Both the position numbers and the translations under genes were made by a program. A model generated the notes under the pieces. The model searched no databases. It was given only the letters and a program-made list of their open reading frames with translations, and was not told the origin of the DNA. A DNA stretch of 64,000 nt, from NCBI RefSeq assembly GCF_036321535.1, contig NC_087437.1:101372001-101436000 (forward strand), written 5' to 3'. The DNA is from Camelus dromedarius (lineage: Eukaryota). Positions 25,896 to 39,165 of this stretch are shown piece by piece; within the stretch, counting starts at the first letter, position 1, and every line of letters starts with the position of its first letter.

Positions 25896-25932
25896 TGTGT
25901 GTGTGTGTGCGTGCGTGCGTGGGCATGTGTGT
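25896..25932. repeat. (TG)/(TGCG) microsatellite
   Basis: Directly visible. Confidence 0.85.
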
Positions 25933-26064
25933 ACATATCTTGACTGCAGTTGGTGCATTCTAAGTTTGTAAAAGCTATGTGAAAGCAGCACTTGAGTTGG
26001 TAAGAAACTGAAATAGTTAATTTGCAACACGGTCCACTACTTGGTTAGTTAGTTAAGATGGAAA

Positions 26065-26649
26065 TCCCCACCTCCATTTAATCAAGTGCCAAGTCTTCTG
26101 GATTCTAAACATTTTTGAGATCTGTTCACCTCACTTCTCTCCATTCCTGAGCAAACTACCATCATCTCTCACTTAGAAAAATCCCTTCCAGTCTGGTTTA
26201 TCTGTTTCTAATCTTGTCTTCTTCCATTTACTTATTCCATATACAGTGAGTACTTTCAGTAAAAGAAAAAGAAAAAAAAAAAGAAATAGAAACAATTTGA
26301 TGTAATACCTTACTCCTTTAAAACCATTCCTTTTTAGTATGGGCACATATTCATCCACGGGGATGTTCAAGACTTTCTATACCCAACTTGTTTCATCATC
26401 TTATTCCCGGCTATTGTCCTTCTCACATTTTCCACTGGACTGTAAATCTTCTAATTTCTTAATATACCATACTCTCACGTACCTCTTGACTTGTTCACAT
26501 GGTATTTCCTGTGTATGAATTTTTTTTTAAATGTTATGTCTTCTGTTAACCTTCCGATACCTAGTCATCTTTGTAGAAATCTTCTTTGGCTGCTGGACCA
26601 ACTGGGTTAAACTGGTACAGTTTCCCACAGGAGAATGTATATTCCTTTC
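26065..26649 (+). mobile_element. L2 fragment
   Basis: gccaagtcttctggattct...cacttctctccattcc...accatcatctctcact are L2 3'-region motifs. Confidence 0.7.
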
Positions 26650-27297
26650 TGCTGTGTCCAGCGCAGCTCGGGACTGTACCTGAGGATGGGCAACGCAAGA
26701 CTTAAGAAACAAAGAGAAAAAGTAAAGAGCAAAGATGGGACCAGGGGACTCAAAATCTCGTGGATCTAGAGCGCAGAAAGCCTGGTCAACATCATATTTA
26801 TTAGGAGTAACAGCTCAGAAAAAAATGCGATCAAAGAGGTGGGGCTTTAGATATTCCATGCAATAAGCACTAAGTTCTGCTTGCTGGTTAACTGATTAAT
26901 TTCAGGCCCATGCCGTCCGGGAACAATCACCCTCCTCGGGGTATGCAAATTTTCTAAGTTTATCTTGTTATTGCCTCCGGGACATCTCAAGATAGCAGGT
27001 ACTTCCCCTGGGTTAAACAGCATGCTTTCATTCCAGAACAGAGTTCTGTTAATGGATGACCTGGCTTTCCAGGACCGTCCATTGTTTCACCCTAAGGAAA
27101 TATCTGCCCTCCTTCATGCCCTTATGGTCAATCTCAGGGTTTCTCCTCACAAACTTCATCCACTGTGGAAAACATTAAAACAAAGCAAGCATGCACATTT
27201 TAAGAAAGGAAGTGTGAATGTAATATTTTAAGCTCACGGAAATTTATGTGCAGCTTGTTTTCTAGTTGCTTGTTTTCCAGCAGCTTGTTTCCCAGCA
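26650..27297 (-). mobile_element. ERVK (class II)-type solo LTR, 648 bp
   Basis: Inverted termini TGCTG...CAGCA; 6-bp TSD cctttc / actttc (5/6); minus-strand AATAAA near 26797-26802; many retained CpGs; short tandem gcttgtttt units at the U3 end. Confidence 0.82.
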
Positions 27298-27554
27298 ACT
27301 TTCAGAACCCCCATCGGACATTCTGATGAAGGAGTCTTTAATATTAGACTTCTTCCCAAAGTGCTCCCATCTCTGTTTGGGTTGCACATACACTGTTCTT
27401 GAACAGTGGCAACATTTTTTTTTTAATTGGAAATATTTCAGAGACTGTGGATGAGATCATCCATATGGTTAGGAGAGTGAATCAGTAATGCAATTGTTAG
27501 ACTGTAAGTCATAACTGTAATGTCACAATAATTGTAATGTGTCAAGTAATCATT

Positions 27555-27700
27555 ATAGCAATCCTATGAAGTAAATATCCATATCCACACGCTACAGATA
27601 AGGAAACTGAAGCAAATATAACTTGAGTAACTTATTATTACATAACTAGTCATCAGCAGAACTGGGGTTAAAAGTAAGGCAGTCTGTGATATACTAAGCT
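27555..27700 (-). mobile_element. MIR
   Basis: caatcctatgaagta...tacagataaggaaactgaagc...aaggcagtctg. Confidence 0.75.
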
Positions 27701-28229
27701 GTGCTGAACTGTCCTTAAAGAACGCTGAGAATAAAAAAAAATGTTGGTAGTCTCTAGAAAGAGTGGTAGATGCTAGAATATTCAGAAGGTATAAAACTCT
27801 AAAGGGAAGAAACTCTGTAGTTGGAAAATCAAAGAAACAGTCACTGTAGAAGTTGTATAGAAAAGCTGCAGAGGATAAACATGTTTTATTAAAGAAAGGG
27901 TAAGAAGGCAATATTGTCAGAAGTGTTAAGAATGTAAAAGAAAAGCTTCCAGATTATGTTAAAAATGCCTTTGCTCTAGAATCCAAGCAGGTGAAAAAAA
28001 AGTCTGTGAAATGCCCAGTCAGGGGTCAGTTTGCAAGAGAGCTTGTGAGCCTCTGAAAGAGTACAACATGAGAAGAACAAGTCAAGAAAAACAAGGGCAT
28101 CAAACGAGAATATCTCAGTATCAAAGTAATGACCTCATTTAAATATTTTTTGTACTTTTTAAAACAAATATGGCTATTCCTTAGGCAAATTCCAATAGGC
28201 AAATTATTGAAAAGTCAACTCCTATGTAC

Positions 28230-29250
28230 ACTTACTTGTGATGCCTTAGTATTCTTACATAGAGTCTGCATCTGCTTAAGTTACTCAGCAGATACATCTC
28301 CTATTTTCTCATGCTAGAAACATATGCATTTTGTTTTTTCATCTTGATTTTATAATACATTTGAACCATGGTATGGCTAGTCTCTTCTCTGCCTACATGT
28401 TACTTTTTAATAAATGTTCTTATTTTTGTCTTTAAATCTTTTAGAAAAGTTTAAATAATTTTTTACTTTTCAATAAAAATTGTATTAAGTTATTGATTGC
28501 TAAATACAGGAAATCTAAGTGCACTTACATATAGATAAATGTTCCATTTTGGGAAAATCCTCATATCATGTTTCTCACATTCCAAATCATAATATGTCTT
28601 CATTTATTCATTTTCTTTTATATTACTATGTAACCATTTTCCTTATTATGGCTATGGGTTTGGTTTTTTGATTAAAGGGAATAAAAATTAATAAAATAAA
28701 AGGTAATAAAACTATTAAAGAAATTTATAAATTCACTTATTAAATATATATATATTTTCTTGGTTAGTGAAGAAATATACTAAATATTTATATGTATATT
28801 TCTGTACATTCTACAAAATACATTAATTCTAATAGATACCAATTTGCTTATAAGAAAATATGTATATGAACTAAGTTATGATTATTCCTTTTTCAGTTTA
28901 ATACATTACTTTAAAATTTTTTAAAAAATGTTGATACCATTATTTTTGACTTAATTCTGATTTTCATTGGTATGTTTTGGATTAAAGAAAAATGTCTAGA
29001 GAATATATTTGTATTTATTTAGAATAGATATTTGGTCTTATTTAAATAATGTATCTAACATATGCCTTTTGTCATCTATTGAAGTAATCATTTATGTATA
29101 AATTTTTTCTTGTATTATGTAATGAGGTAAAATATATTAATAGATTTGATATCTTTTACATCATCTTGATGAATTATTCTTTTAATATACAGCTTTTTCA
29201 AATACATTGTTATTTTTAGCATATTTAAATAATAAACTCTTCTTTTTGTT
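28230..29250 (-). mobile_element. Highly degraded L1ME-type fragments
   Basis: T-rich stretch with scattered antisense L1 ORF2 motifs; boundaries uncertain. Confidence 0.45.
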
Positions 29251-30094
29251 TGTTTTCTCTGTTAACTTGTCATATCAGAATGCCACTGTCTTCATAAATG
29301 TATTGTTTCAAGCTCCAGAAGCAGCATAAATTCTATTTAATGGCTATTTTCCCCTAAACTTTTGAAACCACTTCTGGGCTGAAGGAAACTAATTCTTATT
29401 AATAATTTACTGTATGTTAGAACAACAATAGGTCTTATCACATATTTATTTCATTTGCTTCCACATTTTATACAAGAAGAGACTAAGCCTCAAAGAGACT
29501 GCATAATCTCCACAGAATTCATCACTGGTGGACCACAGGGTTCAGATTTATGCTAATATTTATATCTTCAAGAGAAATGTTCTTTAAATCACAGCATGTT
29601 CTTTTCAAACCTAAAACATTTTAAAAAAGAGAAAAAATAAATAGGAGCCCTTTATCAACACAGAAGTCCTAAGGGGGAACAAAGTCCAGGTCTTATAAAA
29701 ATTCCTGCCTTGCTTCTGAAGTTCTTCCATTCATTCTGAGAGTTTGTGCTATTTAAAAAATACAAATACCACTATCATTCATTACTATAAAATATATATT
29801 TCTAATATTATATATATAATCTGTAATTGTATATATAATCTCTTGTAAAACACAATCACATCCTCATTTTTTAATTTTGATTATGATCAACTTTGGACAC
29901 AGATGCTATTTAGAACATGAGAATTTTATTCAATAATTTAAGGCAGAACTTCTCATAGTGTCTTGGCATATTTTTCTTTCAATATCTTAAAGTTTTCAGA
30001 ATTTCAGATCTAAAGAAAGTATTCCTTCTCCATTTTCCTACGACCCTTGGGTATGATCATGTGTCCAACCATAGTGAAATGCACACAATGTAAT

Positions 30095-30315
30095 AGTCAA
30101 TATTTATTACATGCTTATGGTTTACTAGACATTTTGCTAACTATTTTCATTTATTTGTTTATTTACTCCTTACAATAACTCTTCCAGGTAGGGACTGGTA
30201 TTGTTTTGTATTTTAATATAAGAGAAATGAGGTCAATGAGTGGAATCAACTTGCATAAAATTACCTAGATAGTTAGAAGACCCAGGATTTGAATTTCAGT
30301 AGTTTAGCTCCATTA
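30095..30315 (-). mobile_element. MIR
   Basis: aatatttattacatgcttatgg...tccttacaataactcttccaggtagg...aacttgcataaaattacctag...ccaggatttgaatttcag. Confidence 0.75.
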
Positions 30316-31539
30316 TTATATATTGAATACAAACAGTGACAAAACACACCATCGTATGTCTTTTCTTCTAGGTTTTGCTAACTTTTTGTGCCTTTTTTTC
30401 AGATGTTTTAAGACGTTCAAGTAAAAGAGAAAGTTCTACAAAACGTCTTGAAGGACAATGTAATTAGTGAAGTCTTTAATGAGTTAAGTTTTTAGAACTA
30501 TGCATTCCAGCAACACCCTATTGAAGCACCCAGTTAAAAGATAATTAGGATAAATCATGGTGAGAAAGGAGATAACCTCACATCTCCAAGTACAGACCAT
30601 CGTGCTTCACATAAAACGTTCAAGGTGACTCTTTCAGCATCTCCAGAATAACAGGAATTAAGTACAAAGAAGAGAATCATTTTAATATTAACAAATTTAT
30701 TTTAAAATACACAATTTAAAAATTGATGTGATGAGAAATGTATTTTACAAAAATTTTGTTAAAATTTTCTCAAAATAAAGTAGGTGGTATCTGTCAGTTA
30801 TTTTCATTGCAATTTTAAAATATTCATAGTTTATTCATTAATTCATTTTTACACTCAGTTGTTCATTCATAGAATATTGATTTGAATGTCAACTGTGAAT
30901 CATCACAGAATCAAGATTTCTGTTGACAATATAGATTTGGATTTGGTCTGTAATTTTTTTTTTTTAATTAACTTTTTTTCTCACATTTTCAAAACTTTGG
31001 CAATAAGGTTTTATTTCAGAAGCAAATTACCTAAATATAACTGCCTTGAGAGACATAAATATTTGGAATAGTGTTAAATATAACTTTAAAAATCTTTAGT
31101 TGCCTGAACTTCTAAATAAAACTCCAACATGCATGCTACTTGCTGAACTTATTACAGGAGCATTTCTAAATCACTAAAAACAAGGAAACAACTTTATCTT
31201 CAGATGGCAGATGTTATTAGTATCTACAAACTTAAGATACATCTTACACTTGTTTATGAATAAATTATCAGGGAAATCAAGTGAAAAAGCATGTGCATGA
31301 GGTTAGCTACATGTTAATAAGTATATACACGTGTTCATGTGGAGGTATGTGAATAAGTTTGTTTTTGTGAGTGTGTGTGTTTGTATTCAATATATAATAA
31401 TGAAACCAAACTACTGAGATTCAAATCCGGGCTTTTCTTCTCACTGTCTTTGTGATTTTATACAGGTTACTTCCATTCTTTGGCTTCATTTCTCTTATAT
31501 TAAAATAGCAGAAACTTTTGTTTGCTATTTATTAGCTAT

Positions 31540-31800
31540 ACTCATCTTTCTCCATTGTCATAGAATTTTTAGCTGGACATATAGCCATTCATAATAAATA
31601 TTATTTTACCAACCTTCTTTGCATCCAGGAATAACCACATAACTAAGCTCAGGCCAATGATATGTAAATGGTCTTCTGGCATCTGGCCATTGGGCAGCAA
31701 GTTGAGATACATTCTTCCCTTTCATCTCTTCCTCTTCTTGCTTACAGAAGAACAGATATGAGAGCTTTCAGCAAGGACTCTGAAGTTGAGAGTCACATAG
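31540..31800 (+). mobile_element. MLT1I/J-type LTR fragment
   Basis: atttttagctggacatatagcc...ccacataactaagctcaggccaatgatatgtaa. Confidence 0.65.
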
Positions 31801-31964
31801 TAATTAATTTTGTGACATGTTTACTAGATGAAATGGGAAAAAAATAGCAAAGGTATTTTTCCTCTTGTAGGACCCACTGATCTTAGTCAAATAAGTTATT
31901 TGAGACAAAAAGAGAAAAACAAGTATCAGCTTTATAGTATTTGCCCTGATTGTTCTCTCTACTG

Positions 31965-32255
31965 AAATGCATTTCTTTTAGACATTCTCATGGCTAACTC
32001 CTTTACCTACTTTAAATTTTAATCCAAAACCATACTCTCGAGTACTTCCGATTTCCTTAATTTGCCCTACTCCCTTCCCTTATTGTACTTACTATTCTCT
32101 AACACATTAATTTATTAATGTATCATGTTTGGTGTACCTACCCCACTTAAATTCCATAAGGTAAGAGATCTTTCTTTCTTTTGTCACTGAGGTGATCCAC
32201 ATAACTAGCACAGGGTATGAGACATAAGCTTCCATTGATATTTTTGAAAGAAGAA
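31965..32255 (+). mobile_element. L2 3' end
   Basis: catggctaactcctttacct...aattccataaggtaagagatc...ctagcacagggtatgagacataag. Confidence 0.7.
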
Positions 32256-34625
32256 GGGAAAAACAGTCAATCCAAATAAAGTAAACTGCAGGTGAAGACT
32301 ATGAGCTAGAAGTATTCTTAAGGATATGTAATTTGAATTGCAGGATGGCTGCAACTTAGAGTAAAATGAAAAAGCATCATGACTTGAAGCTTGAGTTATT
32401 TAAGAAGACCAAATAATGCAGAAATTTGTAGGTCTTCTCAAATTTGGGAATTTTAAATATTATTAGAAGACAATGGAAGGAGGATAAAGTTCAGAATATT
32501 AGAAGGAGTGTAACTGAAACAAAAAGCTATGAGATTTACTCCATAAGGGTGGAACAAAGACAGGCTGTGCATCCTTTGTTTTTTCTTAATATATGTATAC
32601 AGAGAGAGAATACAGAGTTCATTTAAACAATGAACTGATTGACTTTAAAGAGTTGAAGTATGAATGTCAAGAAAAGTGTATAAAAAGGGCAGAAGTAGAG
32701 GTTATTATTAGAAAATGGAATATGTGACCTAATGATGTTGGTACCCAGTAATTTCAAGTGATGGTAATATCCAGAGTTTGGCTCTGTGATGGGAATATGG
32801 CTGAAATGGAATCGAAGAATTGGAGCGAGGAAAATACCAATGGACTGAGAAAGGCAAGGAAATAGCAGGTGACTGGGTAGGCTGGATACTGAGTATTTAA
32901 TAAACACAAATTTTAAAAGAAATAGCTGATATAAAAATGAAGTCCCATTAGATTAAATAAGTAGAAAAAAGTGGAACTCTATGCAAAGTCTCTGAGATTA
33001 ATATGAAAAATAGTGTACAAAAGATGCATGAAAGAGTAGTTTTAAAAAGAAAATGGAAAATACAATGAAAGCTTGATGACAATTTCACTTTTGGAAGGAA
33101 ATTGCAAATCACTGCAGTCTATGAAACAAGACATCAATAAGCTATTAGATCAAAGCAGTGAGATATAAAGAGAACTAGTGGATATTACAGAAACACATTT
33201 AGGAAAAAAAGACCATATGGACAAGAATAGGCTGAATTATCAGGAAACAAAAGTAGTCAGTGATATGCAGTTATATGCATTTTGTACATGATTTTTACAA
33301 ACGCATTATGACATAGCCAACATCTCCACTTAGAGGAAGAAACCAAGGTCCAAACAAGACAAGCAATATACCCTGGATTAAACAGAAGAGAGTCACAGAG
33401 CCCTGCTTCCCACTTAAAGATCTTTCTCAGGCTAAGTATCCTTTTGAAAATCTACCTAAGTGTCCATAAGTTTTACTGTTAAAGAACATGGTTTGATAGT
33501 CAGACTTCAGCATTCATTAGCGACTTTCTCTGGAGACAACAGTGAGACTGAAACGATTTAAACTACACAAAGCAATTAAGGAGTGCCTCACATGGTACGC
33601 AGTGATATATGATAGCTGGTATGACAAGTATCACTGCCGTTATTTTCACTACTCATTGTTAGTGGGTTTTGGTGCAAAGTATTTCACTTCTTTAAAACCC
33701 AGTTTCATCATCAATAAAATGAGACAATAATGCTCATTTTGTGAATGAGAAAATAGGGTTCACCTCAAAAAATCATAGTAAAGATAAGGTGGGTAATGGA
33801 TGGAAACATTCTGAAAAAGCCTTTGACTTGGGTTGCTAAAATTCTTCACTAAAATCTTTTGAATCTCATGCAGCTGAATGGATGCTTCAGAATATTTCTG
33901 GATCCTTCACAAGCATAGTTTACACCTTTCTGTTATTATTGTAAAATACAATTACAAGACTTGAATACAGTATTTTAGAGGCTGGCTGGCATTACCATGG
34001 CTTGAAGTGATCTTAACTTAATCTATTTCCCAGTGCAGTTTTCATGCCACATTTAGCAGCTATACTGCATTGCAGTTTCATACTGAATTAGTGCTCAATT
34101 AAAACTACCGAGGCCTTTTGTTTTCATCATGAATTTCTTAAATCTCTATTGTACCTGTGGTTGCTTAGACCATAGCAAAGGGATTCTTGCAGAAGGGTAT
34201 ATGGTAATAGTGTATGCCCTTTTGCCACAGAGAGTTAACTGATGATATATGAGGTCTGTACTTGGATTTGACCAGAGTTAACACCTGGTTATGATGTAGG
34301 CAATGCTTGTTTTTGACCACCCCCATTGCAGTGACTGTTATTAATAACTCCACCAATAAAGTTTAATTCATCTGTCGCTCTTAAGTATTAAGGTAATGTA
34401 GCTACTAATCTGATCTTTTCTTATGGAGATAACTTACCACTCAGTGGAAATAACATCTCATACTAAACTGTGTACTCGAAATGAAAGGTACATCTAAAAG
34501 TAATGTACATCTAAAAGCACCTCATGAGTGGAAAGAAAGTATTTTCTTAAAATGGCTCAAAATGAACATATAGGTTATGAGTAACTTAATTCTTAATATT
34601 ATTATAAAATGGAACTACATATTAT

Positions 34626-34848
34626 GGAAGCATTATGATTAGTGCTATGGTATCTATACTTACATCTCTTGATTTTAATACAGTTCCAAAATTTACTAGC
34701 TTTTCTGTGCCTCAGTTTAGTCATTTGTGATATTAGGATAATAATAGCACTTCCCACTCAGTGTCTTCTCATGAGTAAATGATACAAAACAGCCAAAGTG
34801 TTTATAAGAGTGTTTAGTAAGCACTAAATGAATGCTAGTTACTACTAT
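34626..34848 (+). mobile_element. MIR
   Basis: ttctgtgcctcagtttagtcatttgtgatattaggataataatagcac...gtaagcactaaatgaatgctagttact. Confidence 0.8.
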
Positions 34849-35871
34849 AATATGTGTGATTATTAATTAACATTATACATTTAATATGCTTTGTATGGCT
34901 TTCAAAGATTCATTTATATTATTTTCTTCCTAATATCACTATAACTTAATATTGAAGGAGAATTTTCAGTAATACTTCTAATACCAATTTTTCTTAATAA
35001 GTTCTTTCAAATACTCTGTAAAGCTACTGAAACTAGCTTTGCATACTGGAAGGGATATTTGTAATTTCTAGGTCAGAAAGAAATTAAGGGAGATCTTAGT
35101 GCCTACAGTTAGTCTTATTAACTTCTCCATCTTCTCAACAACTTTGATCAGTCATGCATCAATTTGCCTTTGAAGGAAGAAGAAAGGGATCTCCATTTTA
35201 TAAGAAGAACATATCAGCACTTATATTTAATTTACAAAGTAAAACTTTAAATATATTTAAATGGAACCAGGATGTAATCTAATTGAAAAAGCATATTCTA
35301 ACATTTCCCTTTCTGCAAATGCACATTCATTGTGGTGATGGATGGCTTATTTAAAATGATAACTCTTTGGAATTAAATTGGAGAAAATATGTGCTAACTC
35401 CACTAAAAGTATCAATTATACATACTCTAGTCCTCTTCTCTCATTCTTAATACATTATCAAATATATAAAATTTTCTGACCAGAAGCTTAGCACTGCCTA
35501 AACAAAAAGCTTTTATCGACTATTAAATAAGGTGGTTGTGGTTTGAGTTGGTCTCCACAGTTTCCTTGACCATGTTACCTGAGTGTACGCTGGATAGCTG
35601 CTAAAAGAATTTAGACCTCAGACACTTTGTGAGAACTTTTCAAAGCTGCCTTGTTTCTGGCTTTTAAATCATTTTTTCACATCTAAAGTAACAGAAAGAT
35701 GGACAATATTTTCTCCACTGATGGCCGCCTGAATTCGAATGGACTTTGCTGTGCCCAGTACAGGATCAATAGATGTGATTGAAAGGTGATATACTTGAAC
35801 AGAATATATCAATGCATTTGAATCTATAGTAATGCTAATTGTCTTGTTTCTTTAGTGACAATCTCTGAGGT

Positions 35872-35956
35872 CTTTCTTTACTTTCTTTCCCTTCCTTCCT
35901 TCCTTTCCTTCCTTCTTCCCTTTTCCCCTTTCTTCCTCTCTCTCTCTCTTTCCTTC
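35872..35956. repeat. Pyrimidine-rich (CTTC/CT) low-complexity repeat
   Basis: Directly visible. Confidence 0.85.
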
Positions 35957-36389
35957 ATTATTTTACAATAATAGAGCCTACTATATTTATTCCTACTAGT
36001 GCTTTGGCTTTGTTAGAAATTTGCTAGGGAAATAAGTGTAATTCTACAGTTTCTAGAATGTATATAATAATATTTATAGAGCTGACACTTGGAATCCATC
36101 TACTCACAGTTATTCTAGCCCAGTAAATATACTGTCACAAGATACTCATAGAATTATGCTAAAACCCAAAAAGTGTAGCACACATCATACATGGCAAGTT
36201 TAACAGTTGCTATTGGTATTCTCTCCCACTCCGCATCTTCCAGTCGCCAAGAAAGTTGGCTGAGACCAACTCACAGCTTCTCCCTTAAGAGAACTTCCCT
36301 TGGCCAAATGAGACTTGCTTGTCCAGTATTATACAGGAATGAATTAAATTAAGCATTAAGTACATAAAATAGACAATTATGAGTTCCAG

Positions 36390-36830
36390 GGAAAATAAAA
36401 CAAAAACTTTATGACAGTAAATATAATCATAGTACAGCACATAGTTCAGTTATATTTACTTTGAGTTTATAACAATGTAATAATAATGTTGATTTAACAA
36501 ACCAACAATAAACTATACTGGATGATAATATAAGAAATGTTACATCTAACCATGTGAAGGGGTTGTAGGAGTGTGAGGGTAAAATGTAAGAGAACAGAAT
36601 GTTCTTCCAATGAGATAAGTCAATATAAAATGTCTAAAACTGAAATTAGGATATATGTATATTACTTAGAAGTGCATAGACAAAGCCCAGAAGAAAGACT
36701 TAAAATCTTTAAAGTCGTTTCCTCTTAGGAATTAAACTGAAAGAGAAAGTTTGGTCTAGGGGATGGAGATGTCATTACATGTTAATTGGGCAACTTTAAT
36801 TTTTAATGAAATACAGATATTTCTTTGATA
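36390..36830 (+). mobile_element. HAL1 (half-L1) 3' region
   Basis: aatgttgatttaac...aactatactgg...tcttccaatgagataagtcaata...tgtctaaaactgaaa...aaagtcgtttcctct resemble the HAL1 3' consensus. Confidence 0.6.
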
Positions 36831-38689
36831 AATATGATAAAAGAAATATTATATTAAATATTAATGACTTTGACAATGTCAAAAATTCAACTTTTCAAAT
36901 ATCAGCTTATACTGTAAAGAAGACCCATGATGAGTATAGTGATTTCTGCCTAGATCTTTGCCACTCATCATGGGTAGCCCTAAATTGTATTCTCATTTAA
37001 CCTCCAAAGGAGCAGTTTAACTGTATTTGTATGTGTGCAATCAAATGAAATTCAAGTTTCTTCTCTTATAACCAAGGGTTTGAGTTCAAATGCAGGAATG
37101 TTAAATCTAGAACCATAGCTCTGAACATGAGTGTTTAGAGAAAATAAGCAGAATAGAAGCATATTAACCTCCAAGATAACTGTGTAAATAGGATAAAGTT
37201 CTCAGGAAGCAGGGACAAGGAAATGTGTATAGGGACAAACATTTTCTAAAAATGTCTTCTTTCTGGGAAAAATATTTCTAAAACAATGAATAAAGGAGTG
37301 AACTCTAGGTTTTGATATTAGCTAACAGTAGCCAACTGAAAAATAATGTTCACATGGGGAGTAGAATGATAAGACATATATGTTAGCTAACTTTAATTTT
37401 TTAAATTAATCAACTGAAGTTAATTGCAAGAACTGTTGTTGGTTAGAATTAGGATTCTATTTCAGTGAGTACATAATCAGAAAAGCTAGCTAGTTTGCTG
37501 AAAGGCAAAACACAGAGATGACACTAAGATTCATGAAGGGCTCTTTGGATTAGGTCAGGATTCTGGACTAAAGGTTAGGGATTTGCATTAGCTGAGATAG
37601 AGCAGATGGCTTTCAGAATGAGCTAATGCCAGGAGCAATGGTTAAAGATTACAGAAAGAAAATGGTAGTTGCAAGATTGAGGAGTCTTATCTGTAGCCTC
37701 AAAGATCTTTAGGGAGATGACATCCAATAAATTAGATTGTTCTCAAGAAGAGCTACCATAATAGCATGCAATTTTTGTTCTCAGAATATAAGTTTCCTTG
37801 AATTGGTCCTACTGTCTCAGAAGGAATATCAAGAGGTTTATTGCAGCTTGAAACCAGGTAATGAGCTTTTTCTATACCTCCACTCCAAAAGTTGTAGTGT
37901 CATTTTGCAAGTAGATCATGACAACCATGCTATTTATTGGCTGCTTTGGGCAGTTCACAACCTCCTAAGATCTCAAAGGCTGATCCAAAGGAAACCTTAT
38001 GTAAATGAATGTAGGATTTCATAGTATTATAATTATATAATAATATAATAAACAGTAAGGAAATTCCAGTTGAAAACATTAGAAAACACTACAATGAAAA
38101 AAGATCTCTCTCTGGATGTATGATTTCAGAGAATTAGAATAATAATTGTTTAAGTGAATTATTTAATAAGCTTTAAAAATATACTAATAATACATTTTAT
38201 ATAAAAAACACAACAATATGTGAAACTAGGTTTTTTTCCTTCTTTTCTTTTTTTTTCCTTCCATCAATTTATAACGTGAATGTGTTGATTTCAAGTTAAT
38301 CCATGGATTTGTATGCTAAAGATTTGTGTACTTTTCTATAGGTATGTTATCACTCAATAAAATGCTTTATTTAAAGGTTAAAAAAATAAGAAATGATATT
38401 TTGACTAGCCTAATTTGTGTTGCACACCCATTCCTTGGCTAGGAAAGGGCAGATTATTTAATTAATTATATCCCACCAGCCAGCCTCTAGTGGGGAAGAC
38501 GTGATTCAACCAAAAGAAAATTACAGTGCTGTTAAAAAAAACATAGTGTGGCATTGATTTAAAAAAAAGAGAATAACCACTATATGGAAAAAAAGCCATT
38601 CATAGATATTCAGTGAAAATTCCATTCATGTTCCTCTTGAAATTTTTTTACAGTTGAGAAAAAGGTGAATAAAAATCAATAACTAAAAA

Positions 38690-39165
38690 GAGAATAGAAG
38701 GCATTCTGAAAATATTAAAAACAAGTTAAAAAATTTGCTAGGTATGACTAATAACATCTGAGAAAAAATAATTAGATTGTCATTTACAATAGGATGTAGA
38801 TAAAGGGAATGGAAAGGGATGCTGAAATCTAAATATTCCATAGGAAAGAACAATAGACATCACTGAATTCCTAATTTAATATGCAGAAAAATAAAGGTGA
38901 ACAAAATTGGCTAAAATAAAACATTCTAATGAATGTTCTCAGAAGATACCTTGAAATTTTCCAAAAAAATTGTGAAATGTTGAGATGGCTAGTAGAAGAG
39001 AGAAGGAAAAAATAAAATTATTCCAGTTCTCCAAATCAAACAAATAAGAATTTTAGGAAGACAACCAAGAAAAGAGAGGAAAATAATTAAACTATTTTAT
39101 TTTTTTTAATTTGAGAATAAAAAGAAGTCATAAATTTTCAACCAAAATGCCCTGATGAACCCCAA
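38690..39165 (+). mobile_element. Degraded L1/HAL1 ORF1-region fragment
   Basis: A-rich with ORF1-like motifs (tccaaatcaaacaaataagaattttaggaag). Confidence 0.4.

Noticed and set aside
35695..35790. Short ATG-initiated frame MDNIFSTDGRLNSNGLCCAQYRINRCD in unique sequence
   Set aside because: Only 27 codons, poor splice context and no recognisable homology
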